Positions 51,150 through 63,121 of a stretch of 64,000 nt of DNA are shown here, one piece after another (position 1 is the stretch's first letter; each line of letters starts with the position of its first letter). The DNA is from Squalus acanthias (lineage: Eukaryota): positions 162,008,001 through 162,072,000 of the forward strand of contig CM059425.1 of NCBI GenBank assembly GCA_030390025.1, written 5' to 3'. The notes below the pieces were generated by a model that saw only the letters and a program-made list of their open reading frames with translations, was not told the DNA's origin and did not search any database. The position numbers were made by a program, and so were the translations under genes.

Positions 51150-51850
51150 AAAAAATGGGAGATGAATTGTAGTAGACTACAGGATATAACACAGGAGAGG
51201 GATCAAGGGTACTGGTGGATAGCTCATTGATAACATCAGTAACAACAGTGAAGAAGGCAAAAAAAGGTGTACAGCCTCAGGGATAGAATGTAAGTCTCAG
51301 CAGGTGACAATGAAATTGTATAGAACACTGGTTTGGCTCCATCTGTAATATCATGTACAATTTTGGTCACTACTCTAATGACATCCTGGCTTTGGAAAGG
51401 GTACAGAGGAGGGCAACTAAACTTATACTAGGGTTAGGCATCTGCGCTATGAGGAGAGACCAGAGAAACTTGGAATGTTCATACTGGGGAAAAACTTTCA
51501 AAGTTTTCAAGATTCTAAATGATCGGACAAAATGTACTCTAATAAATTGTTTGACAAGACCACAAATTATAACCAAGGACCCAGTCACAAACTCTGAAAA
51601 CGGAAGGCGGAAGGTAACAGATAGTTGAGATTTAACGACTCACACAGAGGTTGGCGAATGTGTGATACATACCAGGAAGACAGTGGAGGCAGATAGTGCT
51701 GGCAAATTCAGTACAGTGCTGGATAGATTTTTGGAGAATAAAGCAATTGAGGGGTATTAGAGAGAGAGTTTAGGCTAGTATTTGTTTACATTTGGGATAG
51801 GCCAGATGAACTGCAATAGTCTTTTCCAACCCTGCACATTCTGATGTTTT
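51150..51850 (+). mobile_element. Old, highly decayed CR1 3' region
   Basis: DILALERVQRRATKLI motif and CR1-like 3' UTR; boundaries approximate. Confidence 0.65.
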
Positions 51851-51924
51851 GCATAAAAATGGATAATGTATTTCAAATTTACTTCATACAAACTCATTTT
51901 TCATAATACTTAATTATAGCTTAC

Positions 51925-52115
51925 CTTATCTGTGCGGTTCTGTTATACGTAGGACAAGACTGTGAGTATCTGCATGTCAGAATGGTTAAGGATTCACTCA
52001 ACATCTCAGCTAGGAGCTCCTGGGCTAACCTAGAGGGCAGCACACTCCAGAGATCATAACGGAGAGCACAGCAGTGGTAATGCCACATTTGAATGGAAAA
52101 AGAGCATCTCTCTCC
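51925..52115 (-). CDS. KIAA0825: KIAA0825-like protein, coding exon (3rd in window)
   Basis: ttgacag acceptor and GTAAGC donor, 191 nt, phase 0-2; [35 protein letters not shown] closely resembles recalled [35 protein letters not shown]. Confidence 0.93.
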
Positions 52116-52475
52116 CTGTCAAATTAATCAATGAACAATAGAGTGTAAGCTAACAGTTTACAAAATGTTATTCTATTTTCAATAAATCTGTAATTGATTC
52201 AATGTAAAAAGGAAATAACTGAAACTGTGTGCAGTATATGAACCACAGGACTGAGAGAAACAAACAGCATACAGACAAAATTTACTATACATCAGTGATC
52301 ACAAGAAACATGTTTTCTACATTTAAAAACAGAAAATTGTTAGACAGATCCAAAACACAAATACCCACCAGATTTACAATTACATTTTTAATTACTAAAT
52401 TACTGGCTGGTTTAATGGCAATCAATGAAACTAAGTTGTTCATAATTGCTTTTAATTATGTAAGTGAAAGAAAGA

Positions 52476-52786
52476 ACAAACTTGCATTATATAATGCCTT
52501 TCAGAACCTCAGGTCATCCCAAAACAATTCACAGCCAAAGAAATACTTTTGAAATGTAATCGATGACATCATGTAGGGAAACATGGCATTCAATTTCCAC
52601 AAGGCAAGATCCCACAATGAGCAATGAGATAAATGATCAGATAATATGCTTTTAGTAATGCTTGTTGAGGGATAAATACTGTCAGAACACTGGGAGAAAT
52701 CACATGCTCTTCTTTGAATAGTGCCATGGGATCTTTTATATTGTTGAGAGCAGACGGGGCCTCGGTTTAATGTCTCATCCGAAAGA
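52476..52786 (-). mobile_element. Deu-domain SINE fragment (SacSINE1/AmnSINE-like) with L2-type tail
   Basis: GTGCCATGGGATCTTTTA..GCAGACGGGGCCTCGGTTTAATGTCTCATCCGAAAGA (recalled Deu core); tail CTTGCATTATATA. Confidence 0.7.
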
Positions 52787-52814
52787 GAGAACCGAAAGCG
52801 GGAACGGTAACATA

Positions 52815-55030
52815 GTGGTTATTGTCATTAAACCTGCTGTCAAGGGTGGCGCTGTTGTTGTTTGCCGAACTGACCTCTATCTTGCAGAGGCTGAACGCCA
52901 ACTCTCTGACACTTCCTCCTACCTCCCCCGGACCATGACCCCAATACTGAACATCAAGCCATCGTTTCCAAGACTGCCATTGACCTCATCTCCTCTGGAG
53001 ATCTTCCCTCCACGGCCACCAACCTCAGTCCCCCAACCACGCACAGCCCATTTCTACCTCCTTCCCAAGATCCACAAACAGGACTGCCCTGGTAGACCCA
53101 TCGTTTCAGCCTGTTCTTGCCTCACGGAACTGATTTCTTCCTATCTTGACTCTTTTTTCTCCCCTTGTCCGGTCTCTTCCCACCTACGTCCCCGCCTCTT
53201 CCGACCTCCTCCGCCACTTTAACAGTTTCAGTTTCCTGGCCCTAACTGTCTCCTTTTCACCATGAATGTCCAATCCCTCTACACCTCCACCCCCCAGCAG
53301 GACGGCCTGAGGGCATTCTGCTTCTCCCTTGACCAGAGGCCCAACCAGTCCCCATCCACAACTACCCTCCTCCGCCTGGCTGAATTTGTTCTCACATTGA
53401 ACAACTTCTCCTTTGACTCCATTCACTTCCTGCAAATAAAAGGTGTTGCTCTGGGAACCCGCATGGGTCCTCGCAATGCCTGCCTTTTCGTGGGATATGT
53501 GGGACATTCTTTGTTCCAGTCCTACTCAGGTTCCATCCCTCACCTCTTTTTCTGGTACATTGATGACTGTATCGGTGCCGTTTCGTGCTCTCGCCCTGAA
53601 CTGGAAATTTTCTTCCTTTTCTTTCTTTATTTCATTCACTTTGCTTCCAATTTCCACTCTTCCTTCACCTTCACATGGTCCATCTCCAACTCTTCCCTTC
53701 CCTTCCTTGACTTCTCTGTCTCCATTTCTGGGGATAGGCTATCGACCAACATCCACTATAAGTCCACTGACTCCCACAGCTATCCTGACTGCACTTCTTC
53801 CCACCCCGCTTCCTGTAAGGACTCTATTCCATTCTCCCAGTTTCTCCGTCTCCGTCGCATCTGTTCTGACAATGCCACCTTCCATACTAGTGCTTCCAGT
53901 ACGTTTTCCTTTTTCCTCAATCGACGATTCCCCTCTACCGTGGTTGACAGGGCCCTCGACCATATCCGTTCCACTTCCCGCACTTCTGCTCTCACCCCTT
54001 CTCCTCCCTCCCAGAACCACAATAGGGTTCCCCTTGTCCTCACCTTCCATCTTACCAGACTCCACATTCAACGGATCATCCTCCACCATTTCTGCTACCT
54101 CCAGCGTGATCCCACCACCAAACACATCTACCTCTCCCCTTCCCTTTCAGCATTCCGAAGGGACCATTCCATCCGTGACACCCTGGTCCAATCACCCCCA
54201 ACACCCCCTCCCCTTCCCATGGTACCTTCCCGTACAAGCGCAGGAGTGCAACACTTGCCCTTTTACCTCCCCACTTCCCACCGTCCAGGGCCCCAAACAC
54301 TCCATTCAGGTGAAACAGCAATTTACTTATACTTCTTGCAATTTAGTATACTGTATTCGCTAATCACGATGCGGTTTCATTTACATTCGGGAGATCAAAC
54401 GCAGATTGGGTGACCGCTTTGCGGAACACCTCTGTTCAGTCCGAAAGCGTGACCCCCAGCTTCCGGTCGCCTGTCACTTTAATTATCCACTGCACTGCAA
54501 CTCGAACCACTCTGTCCTCGGCCTCTTACACTGTTCCAACGAAGCTCAATGTAAGCTCGAGGAACAGCATCTCATCTTTCGATTAGGCACTTTACAGCCT
54601 TATGGACTCAACATCGAATACAACAATTTCAGATCATAACCTCTGCCCCCATTTTTTCAATCCAGCAGCTGTTGATGATTCTACTGTTTCCATTCACACC
54701 TCTTCTAGACCCATTTTTTGTTTCTTTATTTGTCCCATTACTATCCCCTGTTCCTTTGTACCATCATACCTTTTGTCTTTTAATCTCTCCTGCCTTCCAA
54801 CCTATCACAGACCTTCCCTTTTGTTCTTTCCTCCCTCCCCACCTTTCCCTGATTCTGCACTTGCTTTAAACCTGTTATATCTCTAACTTTTTTCAGTTCT
54901 GACAAAAGGTCATCGACCTGAAACGTTAACTCTGTTTTTCTCTCCACAGATGCTGGCTGGGCTGTTGAGTATTTCCAGCATTTTCTGTTTTTGTTTCAGA
55001 TTTCCAGCATCCACAGTATTTTGCTTTTGT
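52815..55030 (+). mobile_element. Penelope-like retroelement (RT plus GIY-YIG), decayed, with 3' non-coding region
   Basis: IKPAVKGGAVVV, FYLLPKIHK..GRPIVS, KGVALGTRMGP, WYIDDC, LPFLDFSV, NLVYCI..RRLGDRFAEHL, GLNIEY; several frameshifts. Confidence 0.92.
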
Positions 55031-55040
55031 AATGTAATAA

Positions 55041-55212
55041 TTATAATCTGTTTTCGTGATGTTGGTTGAGGAATAAGTATTGGCCAGGACACCGGAGAGA
55101 ACTCCTCTGCTCTTTTTGAAAGAGTGCCATGTGATCTGAGAGGGCAGACGGGACCTTGGTTTCATGCCTCATCCAGAGGATGGTACCTCTGACAGTACAG
55201 CACTTCCTCAGT
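55041..55212 (-). mobile_element. Deu-domain SINE fragment
   Basis: Homologous to 52650-52786 and extends further toward the SINE 5' end. Confidence 0.65.
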
Positions 55213-55459
55213 TCCAAAGGCCTATTTCCTTTGTACAAAACTGAGATGGGAAGTGCGAATGGCTCCCTCCTGCCTAATCCAAAGAAATTCTGCACAAGAA
55301 CTTTGTGTAAAATGGTGATTTTATAAATGTGAAAACTGTCAGGTGGATTCAAAAGTAACTGTCAGTCATACACATAACTGAGAAAATCATATAGTATGTT
55401 TTTGTTTGAATGTGGTTTTACTCCTCCCCCCACCCCCAGCTTGAGCCAACTGAAACAAA

Positions 55460-57018
55460 GGCGGCGAATTTAATCGTGCTGAGGGGGGGGGGGGGGTTTG
55501 GAGGCGGGTCCGCTGTCAAAATCGCAAAGATTGACAGCGGGTCGGAAACCCGCTGTCAACCCGCCTCCACGCGAGTCTCCCAGGTGTCGGGTCTGTCAGC
55601 GCAGAACTGACCCAACACCAGCTGGCAGGGGATACAATTCTGGTACTTAAATGGCTTGTTAAGAGCCAATTTAAGAGTCTTTTGAGGCTTAATTCTAATT
55701 TTACCTTCTCCCCACTGGTTACCCACTGTTCGGGGAACACGCCAGCTCAACCTGGCGTGTTTTGAGTCTGCTCTGATGTTTGTGATAAGCTGACAGCTGC
55801 AGAAGTGGTGTCAAGGATGCCATGTTGCAGATGGTGAGTTTCAGAGCACAGAAAATGTTGGTTACTGCATTTTTAATACATATAGAGATTTCTTTAGCTT
55901 ACAAGTTTTTAGATTCAACTGTATGTCCAGTGCCACCTCATTGGGAGAACCTCGCTCACCAGTGACAGATCGCTTCTGTCATCGCACCTGCAGCTGCCAT
56001 CTATTCCAGCAACATCAGAGCCAGTGAAACAATCAGACCTTGGTCCTCCAAATCCTTCCACGATCAGCCCCAACACCAACATCACCAACCTCATCACCAA
56101 CCTTCTCCATCATCACCTGATGCTGCACTGGACACAGGGCATCAGCCCCTGACAAAATTGCTGGCCGGGAGGCCAGCGATGGCATCACCATGGCCAGATT
56201 TTCTTCACTTGACGCTGTAAACCCTGGCTGCCACATGATGCGCCAGGTTGACACCATCCCATACCAGCACCATAAAGCATCCCTTTAATGTCCAAGCCAT
56301 TCCATGCACACTCATCACTATGGCGGGGGGCAAGTTATGTCTGAACAATCACTGGAACTCAGTAAGACACTTCTCAAGGTGCGCTCAGATCTGTCCAATA
56401 AGGGGCATTTTGGAAAAATAGATTTCACTGTATGACAACACATTACCAGAAACTTCACATGGACATTGGCTAAACCTCTCAAGTGCCCACCCTTGTGTGT
56501 TGTTAGTTGGTAGGCAGTAGGATGAGGGTGAGTGTGAGGGGTGGCTACTGAGATGGGGAAGTGATAAAAGTAGATAGAGAGGGATGGGTGGAGGTGCAAG
56601 GTAAATTGGTGTCCTGGGTAGGTCTCTTCCGCCCTTGGAAGGTAAGAGAACCTCCCTGCGTGCTGTGACTCCCTCCGTAAGCATATGGAGGGAGTCATTG
56701 GGGAGCCTGGGTGCAAGCGTTCACCTTTGTGCAGTGATTGTCAGTGTTTGCAGCACCTCAATGCTGTCAAACACTGACAGAACATCTGTCAAACTCCATG
56801 TGGACGTGGTCCTTTTTAGGAAACTGGCCGATGACGCGTCATCAAATGACGTCATCAGACCCACTTCCTGTTAATTGGCCGGTAAGCCCGCAGGGCGGGT
56901 TTAATAAGGCCAATCAAGGTAAAATCACGTCTGCAGAGCGGAGGCAGCTGGGAGCGGGACCGGAACCCGGAAACCAGCTGTCCCACCCCATCCCGTCTCC
57001 TCAATTAAATTCGCGGCC
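55460..57018 (-). mobile_element. Harbinger deletion derivative (sister of 24622-26382)
   Basis: TIR GGCGGCGAATTTAAT / ATTAAATTCGCGGCC, AAA TSD; Myb remnant TEGVTARREVLLP. Confidence 0.85.
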
Positions 57019-57319
57019 AAAACTTCACAACATTTGTATCCAGTTAGGCTGTGAACGTGATTTTGAATGCAGCTAATTTTTAAATTCCCTTAGTCTTGCG
57101 GCTGAATTAAGGTGGTCACTACCAGGCAAAAATGTTTCCTTCTTGTCACTTCAATCCCTTCCCGCTTTAGGCTGGTAGAATTGCCACCAACTGTCCTGGG
57201 CACCTCCTTCCACTGACCTGCTACAGCCCCGCTTTGGACCTACCTTTTGTAAATTCCAAAGAGGGCTCCCCGCCTCAGCTTAGCCTCCTGAAGCAGCACT
57301 TCAACATCAGACTCCACAA

Positions 57320-59283
57320 TTACATAGGATTACATAGGATATACAGCACAGAAACAGGCCATTCGGCCCAACCAGTCCATGCCGGCGTTTATGCTCCACA
57401 CGAGCCTTCTCCCGTCTTTCCTCATCTAAATCTATCAGCATAATCCTCTGTTCCCTTTTCCCTCATATGCTTGTCTAGCCTCCCCTTAAATATATCTATA
57501 CATTCTCACCACTCTTTGGGTAAAGAAGTTTCTTCTGAATTCCTTATTGGATTTCTTGGTGACTATCTTATATTGATGGCCTCTAGTTATCCTCTTCCCC
57601 ACAAGTGGAAACATTCTCTCTGTATCCACTCTATCAAAATTTTTCATAATTTTAAAGACCTCTATTAGTTCACCCCTCAGCCATTTTTTTTCCAAGAGAA
57701 AAGAGACCCAGCCTATTCATCCTTTCCTGATATGTATACCCTTGCATTTCTGGTATCATCCTTGTAAATCTTCTCTGCGCCCTCTCCAGTGCCTCTATAT
57801 CCTTTTTGCAATATGGTGACCAGAACTGTACGCAGTACTCTAAGTGTGGTCTAACCAAGGTTCGATACAGGTTTAGCATAACTTCCCTACTTTTCAATTC
57901 TATCCCTCTAGAAATAAACCTGCGTGCTTGGTTTGCTTTTTTTATGGCCTTGCTAACCTGTGTCACAATTTTTAGTGATTTGTGTATTTGTACTCCTAGA
58001 TCCCTTTGTTCCTCTACCCCACCTAGACTCACACCCTCCAAGTGATAAGTGATCTCCCTATTCTTCCTACCAAAATGTAATACCTCACATTTATCTGTGT
58101 TGAACTTCATTTGCCAATTATATGCCCATTCTGCAAGTTTATTAATGTTCTCCTGTAACTTGTTGCAGTCCTCCTCAGTACAGGAAACTCTCTAAATATC
58201 CGGAATTCTCTAATAACCGGCAGAATTCATATTCCAAAAACTACAGTATACAGTCGTTTATAAGTTTTGTTTTACTGTTAAGTAATTAAAGAGTTATGGA
58301 TTACCCTCAACTGGCATTACTGTACTTAATCAAGCATCTTCCACCATCCATTTAACACAACATTCTGTAGGGGAGTACCCAATTATACTGCACATTTCTT
58401 GATTTTTTATTTATGTTTGTTAAGAATAGCCTCGGTAGATATACCTCTCCGTTATCCGGAATTTTTAATCAACCAGCACCATCTCGGTCCCGTCGGTGCC
58501 GGATACGAAAGAGTTTCCTGTATTGACTATCCCCCCCAATTTGGTGTCATCCGCAAATTTAGAAATTGTGTTTTTGATTCCTAAGTCTAAATTGTTAATG
58601 TAAATTGTGAACAGCAGTGGTCCCAGCACTGATCCTTGTGAAACACCACTACCCACCTTCTGTCACTGTGAATAGGTACCCTTTACTCCTACTCTCTGCT
58701 TTCTGACCTGAAGCCAGCCAGCAATCTATTCTGCTACTTGTCTCCTGACTCCGCATTCTCTGACCTTGTTCATCAGTCTATTATGGGGTACCTTATCGAA
58801 GGCCTTTTGAAAATCCAGATAAATTACATCTACTGCATTACCATTGTCTACTCTCTGTTACCTCTTCAAAAAATTCAATAAGGTTGGTCAAGCAAGACTT
58901 TCCCTTTTGAAATCCATGTTGACTGTTCATTATTATATTTTTGGTTTCTAGATGTTCTTCTATTTTCTCCTTTAGTGGGGATTCCATTATTTTTCCTACC
59001 ATCGATGTTAAGCTGACTGGTCTATAATTCCCTGGACATGTTCTATCCCCCTTCTTAAATATCGGTATTTCGTTAGCTATCCGCCAGTCTTCTGGCACTA
59101 TACCTTTTTCTAACAAATTATTAAATATGCGTAGTAATGCCTCTGCTATCTCTTCCCTAGATTCTTTTAAAATGCGTGGATGCAATCCATCCGGACCAGG
59201 GGTTTTATCCTCTTTGAGTTTGATTATTTTATTTAATATATCCCCTTTTTTATTTTAAATGCACTTATCTCATTATTAATCTC
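57320..59283 (-). mobile_element. CR1 LINE, same family as 1-2703 in the opposite orientation
   Basis: Highly similar RT peptides ([37 protein letters not shown]) and tail. Confidence 0.95.
58181..58520. mobile_element. Tc1/mariner (pogo/Tigger-like) MITE, 340 bp
   Basis: TIR CAGGAAACTCT..TATCCGG / CCGGATA..AGAGTTTCCTG, TA TSD; the empty site is present in the sister CR1 near 1828. Confidence 0.88.
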
Positions 59284-59721
59284 TTGAGGGAAGAGCAAAG
59301 CTACATTTGAACTAGCACAGACTGTGTGATTTGTTCAGCTATATGTATGACAGCCATTTAATTTAAAATATGGTAAACAGTTATTCAAATCTAGGAAGTC
59401 CCGGTAACTGTTTTCAGGGATATTTAAGGAGCTATAGCTATTTGAATCTGAGGCCGCGATTTTATTAATGGAGGCGGGTTGAGGGCGGGCCCGCTGCTCG
59501 GCAGCTTTCAGACCCGCTCCCGGATGCTGCCGCCCAGCAGTTACGATTTTACCCTGATTGGCCTCGTTATGGCCGACGTGCGAGTCCCTCCAGGCAATTG
59601 CTTGGAGCATGTCAGATTCTCGCCTCTGATGACGCGTTATTTGAATAAAAATTTAAAGGGGCCACGTCCCCCTTGCAAAAGCATTAGGTTTTTTCTCTTA
59701 AAGGTGCTAGCTGCTGCAGGA

Positions 59722-59961
59722 ATGGCAGCCCCAAAAACTGAAGCTGCACCCAAGTTCAATGAGGGCTCCCTCCATGCTCTTGTTGAGGGAGTTAGAGGAT
59801 GTCAGGAGCTCCTCTTCCCTGGAAACGGAAGGAGGAGGCCTCCTCAGCAAACCAAGGCAGCTTGACTGCAAATTGCTGAGGAGGTGAGCTCAAGGTCTGT
59901 GTGCAGACGCACATGGGTTCAGTGTCGAAAAAGGTTTAATGATCTGCTGAGATCACCTAAA
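59722..59961 (+). pseudogene. Harbinger Myb exon 1 with in-frame TGA
   Basis: MAAPKTEAAPKFNEGSLHALVEGV..TKAA*LQIAEEV..WVQCRKRFNDLLR; the conserved W codon has become a stop. Confidence 0.85.
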
Positions 59962-60147
59962 GTGTGGCCTCTGTGTTCTGGGAAATGGAAGTTCAAGAGT
60001 GAGGGCTCAGGGCGATTTCCATGTAGAATGTTGGTGGTAACACTGAGCGCAAACCACCGTTTATTGGACAGATGATGCCTGGGGTTTTGAGAATGTCGGA
60101 CTTATATTCATCTCCATGTGCCAGCCACCTGTGGTTGAAGCGAAAGC

Positions 60148-61413
60148 TTACACAAATCTGGCATGGATGAGTGCAGCCCTTGCCTGACGGCCAGCAATGT
60201 GGTCGCCTGCTGCTGGATTGGCCACATCCGGCCCCGCAAGGTGCCGCTCCCCGTCCTCCTCCTCATCCTCCTCCTTGTTCTCCTCATCCTCTTCCTCTTC
60301 CTCGTCCTCTTCCTCCGAGGAGGCTGTGTGATGAGCCATTGTTCATCCGGCAGCACTAAACCGCTGCTGCTGTGCGATGTTGTGCAGGGCACAACAGACC
60401 ACAATGATTCTGGACTCCCTGGCTGGTGCATACTGCAAGGCTCCTCCAGATCTGTCTAGGCATCAGTAGCGCATTTTGAGCAAGCTGATGGTTTGCTCGA
60501 TGATGCTTCTGGTGGATATGTGACTCACACTGCACCGCTCCTCAGCATCGTTTGATGGCCTCCTCATCGGTGTCATAAGCTACTTTTTCAGGGGATAGCC
60601 CTGTCGCCAAGAAGCCATCCAGAAAGTTGGTTTGGCGGATGGAAGAGCTGAGGCACAGTAGACTGGCGCAGGATGAAGGAGTCATGGCAACTGCCAGGGT
60701 ACTTTGCGCAAACATGCATGATGATCTTCCTGTGGTTACACACCAGCTGGACGTTCAGAGAGTAGAATCCCTTGCGGTTGACAAATACAGCTGGGTTATG
60801 ATAGGGGCCCTAATGGCTACATGTGTGCAGTCTATGACGCCCTGCACCATTGGCAAGCCTGCCATTTTGGCAAAGCCAACCACAGGCACCGTCACAATTG
60901 GGCCATCCGTGGAGAAGTGGATGTAATTGTGCGCCTTTGCAAAGAGGGCATCGGTGACCTGCGTGATGCAGGTGTGTGCGGCTGACTGGGAGATGCCACT
61001 GATGTCTGCAGCTGATCCCTGGAAGAAGCCCGAAGCAAAGAAGTTGAGTGCGGTGGTGACTTTGACAGCAACTGGTAAGGAGTGTCCACACGCTCCTCTG
61101 GGCTCCAGGTGTTGGTGCAGCATTGCGCAGATGTCAGCGACTATGTCTCACGAAAGTCTCAGCCTCCGTTGGCACTGCTGCTCAGTCATGCTGAGGAAGC
61201 TGATCCTCTGCCTGTAAACCCTGTGTTGGGGTATCTGCTGCGGCGAGGTGCAGCCCTGCGCTGAGGCCCTCTGCCCTGTGCATCATCAGGTGGGTGAGGA
61301 GGAGGTTGGCGCTCCTGGTGCTGGTGCTATTGTTGTGGCTGGTTGTGGTGCTGCCGCGGCTGCTTTTCCTCCGAATCTGGCGACCAGGAGGAGAGGATAT
61401 AAATGGTTCCCAT
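60148..61413 (-). pseudogene. Harbinger transposase pseudogene
   Basis: [30 protein letters not shown]; acidic C-terminal tract; stops and frameshifts. Confidence 0.9.
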
Positions 61414-61934
61414 CCCGTTGCTATAGATTTCATTTGAGGGAAGAAGCTTGCAAGCACAGTCAAAGTGGCCTGAAATGATTCCAATCAGGTCACACTGCAG
61501 ATGGCTGTCAGCTTGAACAGTCACAGGGTCAGTAGATTTGCTAAATCTTATCCCAAACCTCCAACAACAAAGTTGTTGCATTTGAATGTCAGCCATGTTA
61601 CAGGCGCGCTTTTAAAGTGCTGCACCAATGACTACAAATCATGTCCTCCATCAACTCGTCTCCTTGCAGCTGGCCTGTTTCTGACAAGATGGGAAACAGG
61701 AGCCAGAAGCACGAAAATGGGAAACCACTATAAAAATAGGATTAGCAAGGCAGTGAACAGGCTGTTAACTGCCTTAACTACCTGTCCCACCGGTTCCAGT
61801 CGGGTCAGTTTGGGAGCGGCTGATCCGACACTCACGAAAATCGCGTGGGGGCAGAATGGAGGCGGGTTGGCAGTCTGAAGCCGTTTTTTCTGATTTTTGG
61901 GTGAAAAGAGCACACGTCCATTTGAATATTGGAA

Positions 61935-62112
61935 GTTGAAGCGAATAGTATAGCTGCATTTAAGGGGAGGCTGGACAAGCATATGAGGGAGAAGGGAATA
62001 GAGGGTTACGCCGATAGATTTAGATGAGGAAAAACGGGAGGAGGCTCAAGTGGAGCATAAACGCCGGCATGGACTGGTTGGGCCGAATGGCCTGTTTCTG
62101 TGCCTATGTAAT
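61935..62112 (+). mobile_element. CR1 3' UTR fragment
   Basis: Matches 2510-2700. Confidence 0.88.
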
Positions 62113-62468
62113 ATTCTAAAATCCACCAATAGCCATTCTGGTGTAAATTGTGCAAAAGTGGAAAATCTAGATTTATTTGTATTTATATGTTTGAATACCA
62201 CCAAGAAGAGCAAAATTTCATGTAATAGTGATATTCCAAACAGAAATAGATCTGCTGAAACTTTCTCCCAGAAAAATTACATCCATTATTACTTACAACT
62301 ACATTAACAATATATTAATTTAACATGCAGCTGTGCTGTAAATAACAGCCCTATATATATGCAGCATTGATTATTCTTTTCTTATTAAGCAAATGCAGTT
62401 AAAATACAATTAGAACACAATTGCAGAAATAGATAAGAAACAAAGAGCTACTGAATTAATTCTCACAC

Positions 62469-62618
62469 CTCATAAAAAGATTTGGAGTCATCCCAGTGGT
62501 GGCTCTGTGCATCCTGGAAAATGCTTGTAGCACAAACTCTTATGCAGTAATTGGTAACTTGAAACTGATCACTCTGATGAATTCCTGATACCGCTGAATT
62601 GGCAGCAAAAACAACGGC
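62469..62618 (-). CDS. KIAA0825: KIAA0825-like protein, coding exon (2nd in window) with apparent 1-nt deletion
   Basis: [16 protein letters not shown] / [33 protein letters not shown] lie in two different frames; exon is 150 nt where the flanking phases require 3n+1. Confidence 0.9.
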
Positions 62619-63121
62619 CTACTCAGAAAGAATGATCAAAGAGACAGAGATTTAAGACCTTAGCATAAGAAGACAACAATCTCCAGTGCTACAAATGTTC
62701 TGATTATTAGGTATCAATCATTCATTTCCTCTCTGTGCTGAACCTAGAGCTGACGTTAGCATTCAAATCACTTTTACAAACTGTTCTTTGTTTTAAACTC
62801 TTAGAAATATAGTCGTGTTTCTGGACAAATTTAAGTTCTCTTCTCACCAAAATAGTAATATCATAATAATATTTATACAATTCTCATTATTTTACTTCAA
62901 TATTTTGGCCATGGTGTCAATTATTGTACACAGAAACTGCAAACTTGTTTTTGTGATTTTTTCTTAATACAGAGGTAAATAACAGCTCTATATATCAGCA
63001 GTATTGATTATTCTTTTCTTATTAAGCAGATATCATCAGATGCAGTTTGGTAACTATGAAACACAAATTTATGTAATTGATTATTTACATTTGCTTAAAT
63101 GCTTAAGTGCAGAGGACTTAC

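Larger units (their letters stand above)
59452..61905. mobile_element. Decayed two-gene Harbinger transposon (GGCGGG family), right TIR not recognisable
   Basis: Left end GGCCGCGATTTT; Myb exon 1 on plus, transposase on minus; Myb exons 2-3 deleted. Confidence 0.88.
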
